Shown here in pieces: positions 47,972 through 58,407 of a stretch of 64,000 bases of DNA. The stretch is taken from NCBI GenBank assembly GCA_000092065.1, contig CP000595.1; one strand, given 5' to 3'. Every line of letters begins with the position of its first letter. Within the stretch, counting starts at the first letter, position 1. Position numbers and translations under genes: made by a program. The DNA is from Ostreococcus lucimarinus. Its lineage: Eukaryota. The notes under the pieces were generated by a model. The model had not been told where the DNA came from. It worked only from the letters and a program-made list of their open reading frames with translations, and ran no database searches.

Positions 47972-49313
47972 ATGGCGAAGACGCGACGGAGAAAGCGACG
48001 AACGCACGTGGACGCGGACGCGGGCGGCGGGAGCAAAGGCAAAGACGCGGACGCGCCGCGGACGTTCGTGTTCACGCGAGGACGCATGGCGGACGCGGTG
48101 AAGGATCTGAGCGAGGATTTGCGAAAGGTGCGGGAAATCGGGGCGAGAGGAGAGGACGCGATCGGGGGAGATGGGGACGCGAGCGCGGCGAGCGAGGAGG
48201 AACGCGCGGACTGACGAGCGACGACGCGCGACGCAGGTGATGGAACCGCACACGGCGCGGAATTTGAAGGAATCGAAGAGCAATAAGTTGAAAGATTTCG
48301 TGCAAGTATCCGGACCGCTGGGGATTTCGCACTTTTTGATGCTCAGTTCGTCGGACGCGTCCAAGTATTTCAAGATTTGTCGAACGCCGAGAGGGCCGAC
48401 GTTGACGTTTAAGATTCATTCGTTTTCCCTGTCGAACGAGGTCGCAGCGACGCAAAAGAACCCGAGGAATCCAGCGAAGGCGTTTTTGTCGCCTCCGCTC
48501 GTGATTTTAAATAACTTTGGCGATGAAGCGCATCAAAAGTTGGCGACGATTACGTTTCAGAATATGTTTCCGCCTATCAACGTGCGCAAGGTGAAGCTTT
48601 CAACGTGTCAGCGCGCCGTGCTCGTGGATTACGACGCCAAGACGAAAAGATTTCAGTTTCGTCACTACAGCATCAACGCCGCGCCCGTGGGGGCGAATAA
48701 AAAATTGAAGAAGCTCTTACAGTCGAGAAACGCGCCCGATTTGGGGGACACGCAAGACGTGAGCGAATTTTTCGACAAGAGAGTCGGCGACGCGAGCGAT
48801 AGCGAAGGCTCCGACGACGAAAGTCGACGAGTGCACTTGACGCAGGACTTCAATCGCGTCGCTCACGCCGACAGCACGTCCAAGATTATCCTCAACGAAA
48901 TCGGTCCTCGCATGGAACTCGAGCTCGTCAAGGTCGAGGAAGGCATGTGCGACGGCCGCGTGTTATACCACGCCTACGTCAAGAAAACCGCGGAAGAGGT
49001 CAAAACTCTCGAGCAGAAAAAGGTCGAGCGCGAAAAGTTACGAAAACGCCGACGAGTAGAGCAAGAAGCGAACGTCAAGCGCAAGGCGCGCGAGAAGGAA
49101 ATCAAAGCGGACGCCGAGCGCGCCCGTCAAGGCAAATCCAAAAAGAAATCCTCCGCCGTGGACGAGTTCGGGAACGTCCGCGACGTCGAGGGTGAGGCAG
49201 AAGACGACGCCAAGTGGGCCGCCGCGTTCGAACGCGAAGAAAAAGAATGGCGAGAGGGCGACGTGTACGACGAGCGTTCCGGAAAGACAAAGCGTAAACG
49301 CCACGGCGACTAG
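47972..49313 (+). CDS. PPAN: Ribosome biogenesis Brix-domain protein PPAN/Ssf1 (Peter Pan), 2 exons: join(47972..48127, 48237..49313), 410 aa
   Basis: Exon 1 is MAKTRRRKRRTHV...PRTFVFTRGRMADAVKDLSEDLRK. Exon 2 is VMEPHTARNLKESKSNKLKDFVQVSGPLGISHFLMLS..., matching PPAN (PKSFVFSRGK...DLRKLMLPHTALNLKEKKRNTLKDF.NVAGPLGVTHFL). There is a Brix core and a K/E-rich tail. Donor gtgcgg; acceptor gacgcag; intron 109 bp. Confidence 0.75.
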
Positions 49314-49968
49314 CGCCGCGACGCCGCCTCACCGTCACCAGTGTGTTGTAAACGTATCCATTAGCACATCGTTCCATTTCCCAATTCACCATCTTTAACG
49401 ATTGCGTCGTCGTCGTTTCGCCGTCCATCTGACCGCCCTCGTTTCGCTTTCAATGCTTAGGGTTTGAGCTGGAGTTTTCCTACGAGAGCGCCCGCGCGCG
49501 GTGCGATCGACCTCTTTCGTCGGCTCGATACGCTAAGGCGCGAACACACGCGCGGCTACGAAACAAGCACACACAAGTAAACAAAACGTACGTTCACGCG
49601 CCCGCACGTGCGTCGCGCTGCACGCGTCGCACGCGCGACGCCGAGGCGAAGATCGCGCGCGCGTTGAAAACCCCAAAACGCATCGACGAACGATCTTCGT
49701 CGCGCGCTGGCTCAACGTTCGCGCCCTTCGACGGCGTCGAGCGATGACGATCGTGACGATATATTTCGTTCGCGTTCGTTCGCGCGCGGTGTCGGCGATC
49801 GCGCGTCGCACGGCATAGAAAGCGAGGACGCCGCGACGTCGCTATGGGTGTTCGAACCGCGACGTCGAGGGGGTCATCGAGGTCGACGCGCGAAGGCGGC
49901 GCGCGAGCGATGGGCTTGAGAGAACGAAAGACTGACGAAAGAATGTGTTTCGCTGGAACAGAAATAAA

Positions 49969-50283
49969 ATGTCTGGTGATCTCGCGTGCACGTACGCGGC
50001 TCTCATCCTCCACGATGACGGTCAAGAGGTGACGGCTGACAAGATCAGCGCTGTCGTCTCTGCGAGCGGGTTGGAGCTCGAACCGTACTGGTCCGGTTTG
50101 TTCGCCAAGTTCCTCGAGCAAAAGTCCGTGGGTGACCTCATCTCCAACGTCGGCGCTGGTGGCGGCGGCGGTGGCGGCGGCGGCGCGGCTGCGGGCGGCG
50201 ACGCCGGCGGCGACGCGGCTGCTGCTGCTCCGGAAGAAGAAGAAGAAGAAGAAGCCGAAATGGACTTCGACTTGTTCGATTAA
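49969..50283 (+). CDS. RPLP1: 60S acidic ribosomal protein P1
   Basis: MSGDLACTYAALILHDDGQEVTADKISAVVSASGLELEPYWSGLFAKFLEQKSVGDLISNVGAGGG...EEEEEEEAEMDFDLFD is a canonical P1/P2 stalk protein with a Gly/Ala hinge and acidic tail. The track start 49945 is GTG; ATG at 49969. Confidence 0.85.
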   Translation: MSGDLACTYAALILHDDGQEVTADKISAVVSASGLELEPYWSGLFAKFLEQKSVGDLISNVGAGGGGGGGGGAAAGGDAGGDAAAAAPEEEEEEEAEMDFDLFD

Positions 50284-50501
50284 TCTTCTGAAACGTCACA
50301 CGGCGATGAAGCGACCGGCTTCGCTGATGAACGATTTTAGGCTTAGCTCTATAAAGGCTTTCACGCTTTCCGCGACGCGTTTCGTTGTAACGGCGTGAAA
50401 TCTCAAATCGTTTTAACCTCTTTGCGCCACACGTTGAGTAAAATACTATTACAATCGCTGAAAAGATGCGTGGGTGGCGCGGTACTAGTGTACAAAACCA
50501 T

Positions 50502-51524
50502 CTATTCCTCGCACGTGTCCGAGCACTTGTCGGACGAGCCAACACACGTGCCCACGCTGCAACCGCGAAGCGCGTTGACGATGTTGCCGTCGTGCGCGAT
50601 GTTAAATACGACGACTGGGATATCGTTCTCTTCGCAAAGCGTGATGGCAGTTTGATCCATGACGCCCAAGCCGAGACGACGGACGGTTTCGTACGTCAGC
50701 GTCTTGTAGAGTTTGGCGTTGGCGTTCTTCTTGGGATCGCTGTCAAACACGCCGTCCACCTTGGTCGCCTTCAAGACGCACTGCGCGTTAATTTCCGCCG
50801 CACGAAGCGCGGCGCCGGTATCGGTGGTAAAGAAAGGGTTCCCCGTGCCCGCACCGAAGATGACCACTCGACCCTTTTCCAAGTGTCGAATCGCGCGACG
50901 GCGAATGTACGGCTCCGCCACTTCCTTAATTTCGAGCGCGCTCATCACTCGCGTCGGCACCCCTTTGGACTCGATCGCCGCCTGCAAGTTTAACGAGTTC
51001 ATCACCGTCGCGAGCATCCCCATGTAGTCCGCGCTCGCGCGATCCAACCCGTTTCCTTCCTTTTCGGCGCCTCGAAAAAAGTTGCCTCCGCCGACGACCA
51101 CCGCCACCTCGATCCCCGACATCGCCGCCTGCGCCACCTCGCTCGCGATCGACTTCACCACGTCCGGCGAGATCCCAAATCCATCCTCTCCCGCCAGCGC
51201 TTCCCCCGACACCTTCAGCATCACTCGACGCCACTTCCACCGTTCGAACCCGTCCTCGTCCTCGTCGTTCGCGCTCGCCTTCTCCCCCTTCCCCTTCTTC
51301 CGTCCCTCGCTCCTCATCGCCGATATCTCCAGTCCCTCCATCGCCGACTTCGCGTCCTCGTCCTCGCGGTCCACGATCGCGCGCGCTGTCGTCGTTCCTC
51401 CCCGTCCCCTCGCGTTCGTTCGCGCCGCCGCAATTCTTCCCCTCGGCGCGTTCGCGCGCGCCCTCGTTCGCGTCGTCGCGCCCGCGCGCGCGAATCCGCG
51501 CGCCGCGGCGTTCGCTCGCGTCAT
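50502..51524 (-). CDS. Bacterial-type UMP kinase (PyrH), plastid-type, with an unusual Cys-rich C-terminal tail
   Basis: Amino-acid-kinase fold: [77 protein letters not shown]. Tail [20 protein letters not shown]. The track ORF extends to 52268 through poly-Arg/Ala sequence judged spurious. The ATG at 51524 gives a roughly 95-aa R/A/T-rich presequence. Confidence 0.65.
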   Translation of the reverse strand: MTRANAAARGFARAGATTRTRARANAPRGRIAAARTNARGRGGTTTARAIVDREDEDAKSAMEGLEISAMRSEGRKKGKGEKASANDEDEDGFERWKWRRVMLKVSGEALAGEDGFGISPDVVKSIASEVAQAAMSGIEVAVVVGGGNFFRGAEKEGNGLDRASADYMGMLATVMNSLNLQAAIESKGVPTRVMSALEIKEVAEPYIRRRAIRHLEKGRVVIFGAGTGNPFFTTDTGAALRAAEINAQCVLKATKVDGVFDSDPKKNANAKLYKTLTYETVRRLGLGVMDQTAITLCEENDIPVVVFNIAHDGNIVNALRGCSVGTCVGSSDKCSDTCEE

Positions 51525-51728
51525 CGCTCGCGTTCGCGCGCGCGCGCGTCGTCGGCGTCGGCGTGTGCGACGCGCACGACGCGCGACGCGTTCGACACCG
51601 TCGGCGCGACGCCGCGCGTATGCGCAAACAGTGAGAGACCGCGCACCACCGCGCGCGCCGGCATTCCGCGGTCGCCCGATCGCGCGCGTCGCGCCGCGCC
51701 GACGGACGAGCGCTCGAGCGCCCGCGCG

Positions 51729-52952
51729 ATGCGCGCCTCCGCGTTCGATCGACGCCGCGCGTTCGCGCGCGCGCGCGCGCGCGAGGACGCGCGACGAGAC
51801 GCGCGCGCGTTCACGGTGCGCGGCGGTTGCGCGGCGCCGGCGGCGCTGACGCTGACGACGCGCGCGACGCGCGGGCGCGCGCGCGACGGCGCGCGCGCGG
51901 AGGGGAGACGGGCGAGTAATCGCGCGGTGCCGGACGTCGCGGCGAAAGCGAACGACGCGGGACGAAAGTCGCGGAAGAGGGCGATGACGTGCTACAGGCT
52001 CGCGGCGGAGCGCGATAACCCTATAGCGTGCGCGACGCACCTGGTGAAGCCGGCGGTGGCGATGTTCCTCGCGGGCGGCGTCGCCGGTGCGCTGGCGAAG
52101 ACGTGCACGGCGCCGCTGGATCGGCTGAAGATCATCATGCAGACGTCGGGGGCGTCGAGGGCGAGCGCGGCGAGCGTGGCGGCGGCGGACAAGGGGTTGT
52201 TGGCGGCGTTCGTGGCGATCGGAAAGACGGAGGGCGTGGCGGGATATTGGCGAGGAAACGTGCCGCAAGTGGTGCGAATTTTGCCGTATTCGAGCGCGAT
52301 GCTGTACTCGTACGAAGCGTACAAGAAAAAGTTGACGAATAAGGAAACCGGGGAGTTGGCGGTGCCGGCGCGTTTGCTCGCGGGCGCGGGCGCGGCGTGC
52401 ACGGCGACCATCGTGACGTACCCTCTCGATATCATTCGCCTTCGATTGAGCGTGGACACGAGTGCGAAGAGCATGGGCGACGTCGCCCGCACCATCTTGG
52501 CCAACGAAGGGCCGCTCGGGTTCTTCAAGGGTTTGCGAGCGACGTGCATTTCCATCGCGCCGTACAGCGCGCTCAACTTTTGCGCGTTTGATTTATTCAA
52601 AAAGGCGCTCCCGGAAGAAATTCGCAACGAAGCGCAAGGGATCGCCACGGCATCGCTTATGGCGACCGCGTTGGCCACGGGTTCGATGTATCCGCTGGAT
52701 ACTATTCGTCGTCAAATGCAGCTTCAAGGGAGCACGTACGCGAACATGCTCGACGCCGGTCGCGGCATCGTCGCCGCCAACGGCGTCGGTGGTCTCTTCC
52801 GCGGTTTCATCCCGAACGCGATGAAAAACATGCCGAACAAGTCCATCCAGCTCACCACGTTCGACGTCCTGAAGAAGGGCATCAGGCGTTCAGAGGTGGA
52901 GTACGCCAAAGAGGTCGCTATTTTAGCCGCCGAAAACAAAAAAATCAAGTGA
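51729..52952 (+). CDS. Mitochondrial-carrier-family adenine nucleotide transporter (TAAC/BT1/PAPST-like, likely plastid envelope/thylakoid)
   Basis: Three MCF repeats with signatures [20 protein letters not shown] and [40 protein letters not shown] matches TAAC/BT1 (GFWKGNLPQVIRVLPYSAVQLLAYESYK). ATG at 51729 gives an 85-aa Arg/Ala-rich presequence; an alternative ATG is at 51984. Confidence 0.7.
   Translation: MRASAFDRRRAFARARAREDARRDARAFTVRGGCAAPAALTLTTRATRGRARDGARAEGRRASNRAVPDVAAKANDAGRKSRKRAMTCYRLAAERDNPIACATHLVKPAVAMFLAGGVAGALAKTCTAPLDRLKIIMQTSGASRASAASVAAADKGLLAAFVAIGKTEGVAGYWRGNVPQVVRILPYSSAMLYSYEAYKKKLTNKETGELAVPARLLAGAGAACTATIVTYPLDIIRLRLSVDTSAKSMGDVARTILANEGPLGFFKGLRATCISIAPYSALNFCAFDLFKKALPEEIRNEAQGIATASLMATALATGSMYPLDTIRRQMQLQGSTYANMLDAGRGIVAANGVGGLFRGFIPNAMKNMPNKSIQLTTFDVLKKGIRRSEVEYAKEVAILAAENKKIK
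51764..51784. repeat. Alternating (CG)n tract of about 10 units inside the UMPK/carrier divergent region and carrier presequence
   Basis: gttcgcgcgcgcgcgcgcgcgcgagg. Confidence 0.7.
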
Positions 52953-53189
52953 TCGTTCGATCGCATCTTTTTCCATTGACCCCCCGACACCGACACCGAC
53001 TTCTTCACATCGCGTCTTCGCTCTGGCACTCCCATACGCGAGCTGCTCCCGATTCTCGTTCGGTTGTAACACTACGAGAATCCGACGGATTTCTGGAACG
53101 CGAGCGCGTCGCGTCGCGTCGAATCGCCTTCGAACGTTCCATCTTCGCTCACCGTCGCACTACAAAATTACACGCGCTCTCGCGCTCTA

Positions 53190-53456
53190 CTACTTACAAT
53201 CATCCCTGTACTCAAACAACCCGCAATCTCCTCCCCAGGGAAACTGCTCGCGATTGCGAATTCTCAGGTACGAGTACGCCGGGTTCTCGTGCCCGTGTCC
53301 GTGCGCCGCGTTGGACAGCGTGTACACCCCGAACCCAGCGCACGCGGGTATGACGAGCATGGAGACGGCGCGCCATTTATTCATCTCCGCTGTTTCATCG
53401 CGTCGATCGCGTTTCAGCGCGTCAGTCGCGCGCGCTCGTCGTTTTCGCGCGCGCAT
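53190..53456 (-). CDS. COX6A: Cytochrome c oxidase subunit 6a (COX6A/Cox13)
   Basis: ...ETAEMNKWRAVSMLVIPACAGFGVYTLSNAAHGHGHENPAYSYLRIRNREQFPWGGDCGLFEY aligns with plant COX6a (AAKWEKITYLGIASCTALAVYVLSKGHHHGEDPPAYPYMHIRNKEFPWGPDGLFE). ATGs are at 53456 (MRARKRRARAT..., basic leader) and 53384. It is buried in a longer spurious track ORF (53190-53984). Confidence 0.55.
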   Translation of the reverse strand: MRARKRRARATDALKRDRRDETAEMNKWRAVSMLVIPACAGFGVYTLSNAAHGHGHENPAYSYLRIRNREQFPWGGDCGLFEYRDDCK

Positions 53457-53806
53457 CGTCGTCGCGTCGCGATCGTTCGGTTCGCGCGTTCGTTCGTTCG
53501 CGCGCGCGACGCACCGATCTCTTCCTCGACGCTCGCGCCGGAGCTCATCGAGCGGGCGCGGGAAATTTGTTCGACGCGTTTGGGCGATCGCGCGGCGCGC
53601 GCGACGAGTCGGGCGAGCATGGCGAGCGCGCGTGTGTGCGGGCTGGGGTCGCGCGCGCGCGCGCGGATCCCCGGGTGGGAATCCGAGGTGGGGTGATGGT
53701 ACAAACCTATGACGAGCTATGGGATCTAATGACGACGCGATCGCGACGATCGCGCGAGGGTGAGAGGGAAAGGACACGACGCGTGACCGGGGACGACGGC
53801 GTGGGG

Positions 53807-54523
53807 CTACTTTTGGACGAGCGACGCGCGCTCGGCGACGTCGACGTCGTCGCCGCGCACGCGAGCGATGACAAAGGGACCGGCGGCGCGCACGTGCGCG
53901 GCGGTGCGATATCCCTTGTGCTGGTGGAACTTGAGACAGACGAAGAAAATCAACGTCGTGGCGAAGAAGACGAGGTTGTGCCAAGCCAAACTTTCGAAAC
54001 TTTTGGCGAAATCAAACATGACGTACACGGCTTTGCCCGTGGCGTAGAATCGATACCAGCAAAAGAAGACGTACGCCTGAACGAAGAGGATGGACCAACC
54101 GAAGTCTCGTCGACGCATGGGTAAGGCGCCGAGTAAAAACTCAAGGAGTAAAACGACCATATTCCCGGCGTGTTCGACCAGGCGGTACCACTCGAGGTAG
54201 CAATCGGGATAGTTGTCCACGCCCTCGAGCGCCCGACACATCGGAAACGCGAAGAACGAGTACCACGCTCCAGCGCTCGATAACACGTTCGTCGTCCACG
54301 CAACGCCGTACGCGATCACTAAAACATTTGTCAAACCGTCTAATTCCCCCTCTTCTCGCTCAGTTCTATACATGTTCATCCCCAGCGCTCCCTCTAAGAC
54401 GAACAACAATAAAATCGTCCAGTCGCTCAGGTAGTCGAACCCATCCGTCTTTCGAACCTGCATCGAGTGCTCGTAAACCATGTGATAGCAGAAGAAAAAC
54501 ACCCCGAACGCGAACGTCCCCAT
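53807..54523 (-). CDS. AIG1/FAR-17a family multi-pass membrane protein
   Basis: Six hydrophobic segments. EHAGNMVVLLLEFLLGALPMRRRD resembles AIG1 NHGMHTTVLPFILIEMRTS, and GKAVYVMFDFAKS resembles GMWVYPFLEHI. ATG at 54523. Confidence 0.45.
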   Translation of the reverse strand: MGTFAFGVFFFCYHMVYEHSMQVRKTDGFDYLSDWTILLLFVLEGALGMNMYRTEREEGELDGLTNVLVIAYGVAWTTNVLSSAGAWYSFFAFPMCRALEGVDNYPDCYLEWYRLVEHAGNMVVLLLEFLLGALPMRRRDFGWSILFVQAYVFFCWYRFYATGKAVYVMFDFAKSFESLAWHNLVFFATTLIFFVCLKFHQHKGYRTAAHVRAAGPFVIARVRGDDVDVAERASLVQK

Positions 54524-54574
54524 TCGTAACGCGAACAGCGCGGCCCTGGTGCGGAGGAAACGCGCGCGAGTCCG

Positions 54575-54940
54575 TCAGTCAATGTCAATCTTCAAACCGC
54601 GCGCTTCGCCGCGGAGGCCAACACCAAACGCGCGAGGCGAATCCGAATTCATCTTCCACGAGGCAACGCGCTCGCTCGCGCGCTCGCTCGAGAAAATGCA
54701 CTTCACGACGTACTTTGGAACGAATCGCGACGACGAGGAGACGCGCTCGAAGCTCACGTTGGCGACGCCGTCGATTTTCGGCATGGCGATCACGTTGTGC
54801 GCAGCCAGGGCGCCCCAAGCGACGACGCTCGTGATGGTCGCCGTCGTCGTCCACTGCGGTGGAGGCTTGCGTATGCGCAGATCATCGAAATCTATGTCAT
54901 CTTCCTCGAGCTCGGCGCGATCGGGCGCCGCGCGAGGCAT
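54575..54940 (-). CDS. Hypothetical small acidic single-TM protein (tail-anchored-like)
   Basis: The ORF starts with ATG. It has an acidic N-terminus AELEEDDIDFDDL, one TM (TTTATITSVVAWGALAAHNVIAM) and a 60-aa tail. It is GC-rich and could be artefactual. Confidence 0.2.
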   Translation of the reverse strand: MPRAAPDRAELEEDDIDFDDLRIRKPPPQWTTTATITSVVAWGALAAHNVIAMPKIDGVANVSFERVSSSSRFVPKYVVKCIFSSERASERVASWKMNSDSPRAFGVGLRGEARGLKIDID

Positions 54941-55100
54941 TGGAGCGCGGACGCGAGTCGCGCACTGCGGCGCGCGGCGCAGCCGGGAAGGCGGTTGAGG
55001 CGTAGGACGTCTACGAAGGCGGTGCGTTCGTTCGCTCGCGTGCTGTGCGTGCTGCGCTAGATAATTAATGATGATGCTACGTCGAAATTATGGTCATCGA

Positions 55101-56165
55101 TCACGCGCGTAAGACCTTGAGCCAGCGGTCGACGACGGCGTCGCTTCCGTACCAGTGAAACTTTGACGGTTCGTCAAACGTGCCGACGGTGGACATCGAG
55201 TGCCAGCAGGCGTCGATGACGATCATTTCGGCGCCCTCTAACGCAAGTGCGGCGCAGTTTGGTACGACAGCGTCGCCTTCGACGCCGTCTCCGTCGCCAC
55301 CGGCGACGACGGCGTAGGAACCGGCTGCATATTTGCCGATGGTTTTCGGCTCCGCCGACGCGTTTCCGACGACGGCGCGTCCCGTGACGCAGACGTACTG
55401 AACATCCGGTTCAAAGTACGCGCCGGGCCAAGTATCGTTTACCCATTTAGATGCCCCGCGCGTTGGATCTGACTTCGCATCCTGCGCGTGTGGCGTCCCT
55501 AAGCATATCAAACGTCGCACACGCTCGTCCCGCTTCAAGAAATCTCCGGAGCACTCTACCTCGCTCGCATTCATCGCCAGTGCGCCGCCGATGAACGCCC
55601 GCGCGAGCCACCCACCGGCAGAGTGCGCGACAATGTCAACGCTCGTCGCTTCAGGGTTCGCTCGCAACGCCTCTTTCACGCACGCGTCGACGCGTTCTAA
55701 ATACCACCCGTAGCTCTCTCGCGTCGTGCACGCGTTCATCCAAAACCCCTTCGTGAAGATCCCTCGCAAAATCCCCACGAACCAATCTTTTCGCTCGACC
55801 TCAGCGACGTGCACGCTGAACCCTCTCGAGCGCAGTGACTTCGCCAGGCTCGCCTCGTCGTTCCCAAGCGCGTCCTCGTAGTCGCTCGAGCAGTTCCCGA
55901 ACCCGCTCAGCACGACGATCGGATTCGCCGACGCCGACGCTCGCACGCGCGTGTCGTCGCTCGATGCATCACTGACGTCGATGACGTCCGCCGATGCGCG
56001 CGTGAGCGTGAGAAACGCGTCCGAACGCGACGCTTTCGCGGCATCCAGACTTTGTCCCAGTCCCAGCGGCGCGAGCCTCGCGAGGGGCGGTTTGCTCGAC
56101 GCGCGCGCTCGTAACGGCGAGAAAGCGGTGCGCGCGGTCGAGGACAACGCGTCTGACGCGCGCAT
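55101..56165 (-). CDS. Alpha/beta-hydrolase fold protein (lipase/esterase-like, GxSxG = AHSAGG), organelle-targeted
   Basis: Nucleophile elbow DIVAHSAGGWLARAF. The N-terminal 60 aa is Ser/Ala/Arg-rich transit-like. PGAP1/DUF676-like topology. Confidence 0.55.
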   Translation of the reverse strand: MRASDALSSTARTAFSPLRARASSKPPLARLAPLGLGQSLDAAKASRSDAFLTLTRASADVIDVSDASSDDTRVRASASANPIVVLSGFGNCSSDYEDALGNDEASLAKSLRSRGFSVHVAEVERKDWFVGILRGIFTKGFWMNACTTRESYGWYLERVDACVKEALRANPEATSVDIVAHSAGGWLARAFIGGALAMNASEVECSGDFLKRDERVRRLICLGTPHAQDAKSDPTRGASKWVNDTWPGAYFEPDVQYVCVTGRAVVGNASAEPKTIGKYAAGSYAVVAGGDGDGVEGDAVVPNCAALALEGAEMIVIDACWHSMSTVGTFDEPSKFHWYGSDAVVDRWLKVLRA

Positions 56166-56241
56166 CGCGGTCGATGGACGCTCGCGCGCGGTGGCGTCGA
56201 GCGTCGGCGAGTGAGGTCGGAGTGAAATATCTAAGACTATT

Positions 56242-57282
56242 TTAAGACTGCGCGTTCAACTGGGCCAATAATTTCGCTTTCTTCTCCGCCAATAGCCGCT
56301 CAAGGTCGATGACTTCCTCCTGATCCTCGATGGATTCCTTCTGCTTCTTAGTCGCCGGTTCGTCAGCCTCGGACGCTTCCGGTTCCTCCGCTTCTTCTAC
56401 GTCTTCATCTGACTCGACAGCTTCGGGCGTCTGTTCGCGTTCGACTTCCACGCGCACGATGTGATTACCGATCTTTTTCCCGTCCTTGATCCCCTTCCCG
56501 TCGAGCGTCTTCGTATCCCCACTCTTCGTTTCTTCGTCGAAATACATCGTTTCCACTCCGTGCACGGTCTCGACCTCGAAAAATCCGCCCTCGAGCGCGT
56601 CCTTTGCGCTCAGCCTCAGCGTCGACGTCACGTTCAAACCATCTCTCGAGAACACTTTACTAGGCAAAATCCGCACCCTCACGTGTTGCGTGCGACCACT
56701 AATGGGTAATCTACTCCCATCCAACACTCCCGCCGGCACATGCACGCGTCCATGAAAGAAATCATCCTTGACGCCGTCGCCGCCGCATTTTCGGCACGTC
56801 TCGGGCTTCCCGAATCCCCGTCCATCGCACGTTCCACACGTCCCTTGGCTCCCCACCGCTGTTCCTCCCCGATTTGCACACCCCTCGCACTTCAAACACG
56901 CCATCCCCACGCCTTGACAGCTCGAGCACAGCAGCTTAAACGGTATCATCGCCAACTTTGTCGTCCCCGTCACGCTCTCCTTAAAGCTCACATTCACCAG
57001 CACGTCGTCCCTCTTCGCTCCGTTCAGCTCGCACTTTTGATCGTACGCCGCGCGTGAGACTTCATCCTTGAGCACTTCGTACGCGTTCGCGACGTTTCGA
57101 AACCGCACGCGCGCCTCGTCGCGTTCGGCATCCGTTTTCGTCGTTCGGGACACTTTGTCCGGGTGCAATTGCAGCGCGAGTTTCTTATACGCACGCTTGA
57201 TCTCATCCGTCGTCGCCGCGCTTTGCACGCCCAATATTTCATACGCGTTCATCCCGCTCGCGCCCGCGCTCGTCGACGCCAT
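56242..57282 (-). CDS. DnaJ/Hsp40 (J domain plus CxxCxGxG zinc-finger region plus C-terminal acidic tail)
   Basis: J domain NAYEILGVQSAATTDEIKRAYKKLALQLHPDK. Cys repeats CSSCQGVG, CLKCEGCANRG, CGTCDGRG, CRKCGGDG. ATG at 57282. Confidence 0.85.
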   Translation of the reverse strand: MASTSAGASGMNAYEILGVQSAATTDEIKRAYKKLALQLHPDKVSRTTKTDAERDEARVRFRNVANAYEVLKDEVSRAAYDQKCELNGAKRDDVLVNVSFKESVTGTTKLAMIPFKLLCSSCQGVGMACLKCEGCANRGGTAVGSQGTCGTCDGRGFGKPETCRKCGGDGVKDDFFHGRVHVPAGVLDGSRLPISGRTQHVRVRILPSKVFSRDGLNVTSTLRLSAKDALEGGFFEVETVHGVETMYFDEETKSGDTKTLDGKGIKDGKKIGNHIVRVEVEREQTPEAVESDEDVEEAEEPEASEADEPATKKQKESIEDQEEVIDLERLLAEKKAKLLAQLNAQS

Positions 57283-57353
57283 CGCGCGCTTCGGTGCGTC
57301 GATCTCTGCCGACTCGAACGAAAAGCGCGGTCCCGCACACGACGACGCGCGGC

Positions 57354-58244
57354 ATGGCGCAACCGAGCGCGCTTCCGATCGCGAGCGCGGACGTCAAGCG
57401 AGAACTCGCGTCGAGCGATGATCGCGTCGTCACCGCCGCGGCGTCCGCGCTCGGTGCGCTCGCCGTGCGCGTGCAGTTGCCGACAGATTTCGCAGCCCTG
57501 GTGGATGATTTAATGGACGCGCTCGAACGCGATGGCGCGAAAACGGGGAAGAAAGACGCTAGAAAACTTGCGAGCGTGCTAGCGGCGCTGAGTGGACTGT
57601 GCGCGAGCGTAGATGGGGCGCGGGGAAGGGCGCTGGATCGAGGGGCGGCGGCGACGGTGACGCGAGAGGCGCTCGGCGCGAACGAGGACGGTGCGAATGA
57701 TGAAGAGACGGACGCCGTGCGCGTGAACGCGCTGGATTTCTTTCGATTCTTGCAGCATGATGACGACAGGCGAGGTTTTGAGGCGGTGCGAGGGGATTCG
57801 AGATGCATGGCGTTCGTATTGGCGTCGGCGCGCGAGCGAGGGTCGCGCGAGATGGATTTTATGAAGCGCGTCGGCGGCGTGGATTTAGTGGTGAATTTTG
57901 CACAGCAAGTGGCGGCAGACGACGAGAAATTTGATGCACTTATTCGTGAGGGCGCGTTTGAGGTGTTCACGCACGCGTTGCTCGCAGATGAGGACGAGGT
58001 CACCGTTCGCGGGCTCATCGGACTCGCTTGCGCGCTGCCGAGACGACGGGCGCTGCGCGTCAAACTCGCTGAAGACGGCGAGTGCGTGCGACGGCTCGCG
58101 ACCCTGATGGGATCATCCACGGATGAAAGTCTCAAGGGCTTCGCCGGGGGTTTGTTCCGAGCCTTAGCGCTCGATCCCGAGACGAAAGGTTTAGTCGAGA
58201 AGGCGCTGCGAGAAGGCGGTGCCGGCGTGCTGCAAACAGCTTGA
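57354..58244 (+). CDS. Armadillo/HEAT-like helical repeat protein, function unknown
   Basis: Repetitive helical ALxxLA motifs and no catalytic motif. The track start 57294 is GTG; ATG at 57354, only 71 bp from the DnaJ ATG on the opposite strand. Confidence 0.4.
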   Translation: MAQPSALPIASADVKRELASSDDRVVTAAASALGALAVRVQLPTDFAALVDDLMDALERDGAKTGKKDARKLASVLAALSGLCASVDGARGRALDRGAAATVTREALGANEDGANDEETDAVRVNALDFFRFLQHDDDRRGFEAVRGDSRCMAFVLASARERGSREMDFMKRVGGVDLVVNFAQQVAADDEKFDALIREGAFEVFTHALLADEDEVTVRGLIGLACALPRRRALRVKLAEDGECVRRLATLMGSSTDESLKGFAGGLFRALALDPETKGLVEKALREGGAGVLQTA

Positions 58245-58407
58245 TAAACATCGATCCCGGCTCGCCGCCGCCCGATACCGCTCGTATTTGATGTAGTATT
58301 CATTTGCCATTGTCTAGGATGTTTCCCGTCGTCGCGCGCGCGTCATCGCCTCACTTCGTCTCTCTCTCGCGGCTTCACTTCACTTCGCGCCTCGCGCTCC
58401 GCGCTCG

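Noticed and set aside
54549-54998. Plus-strand ORF 54549-54998 (149 aa) opposite the small acidic TM ORF
   Set aside because: It is Arg/Ser-rich low complexity with no start-codon context. It is less plausible than the minus-strand ATG-initiated ORF, which is itself low confidence.
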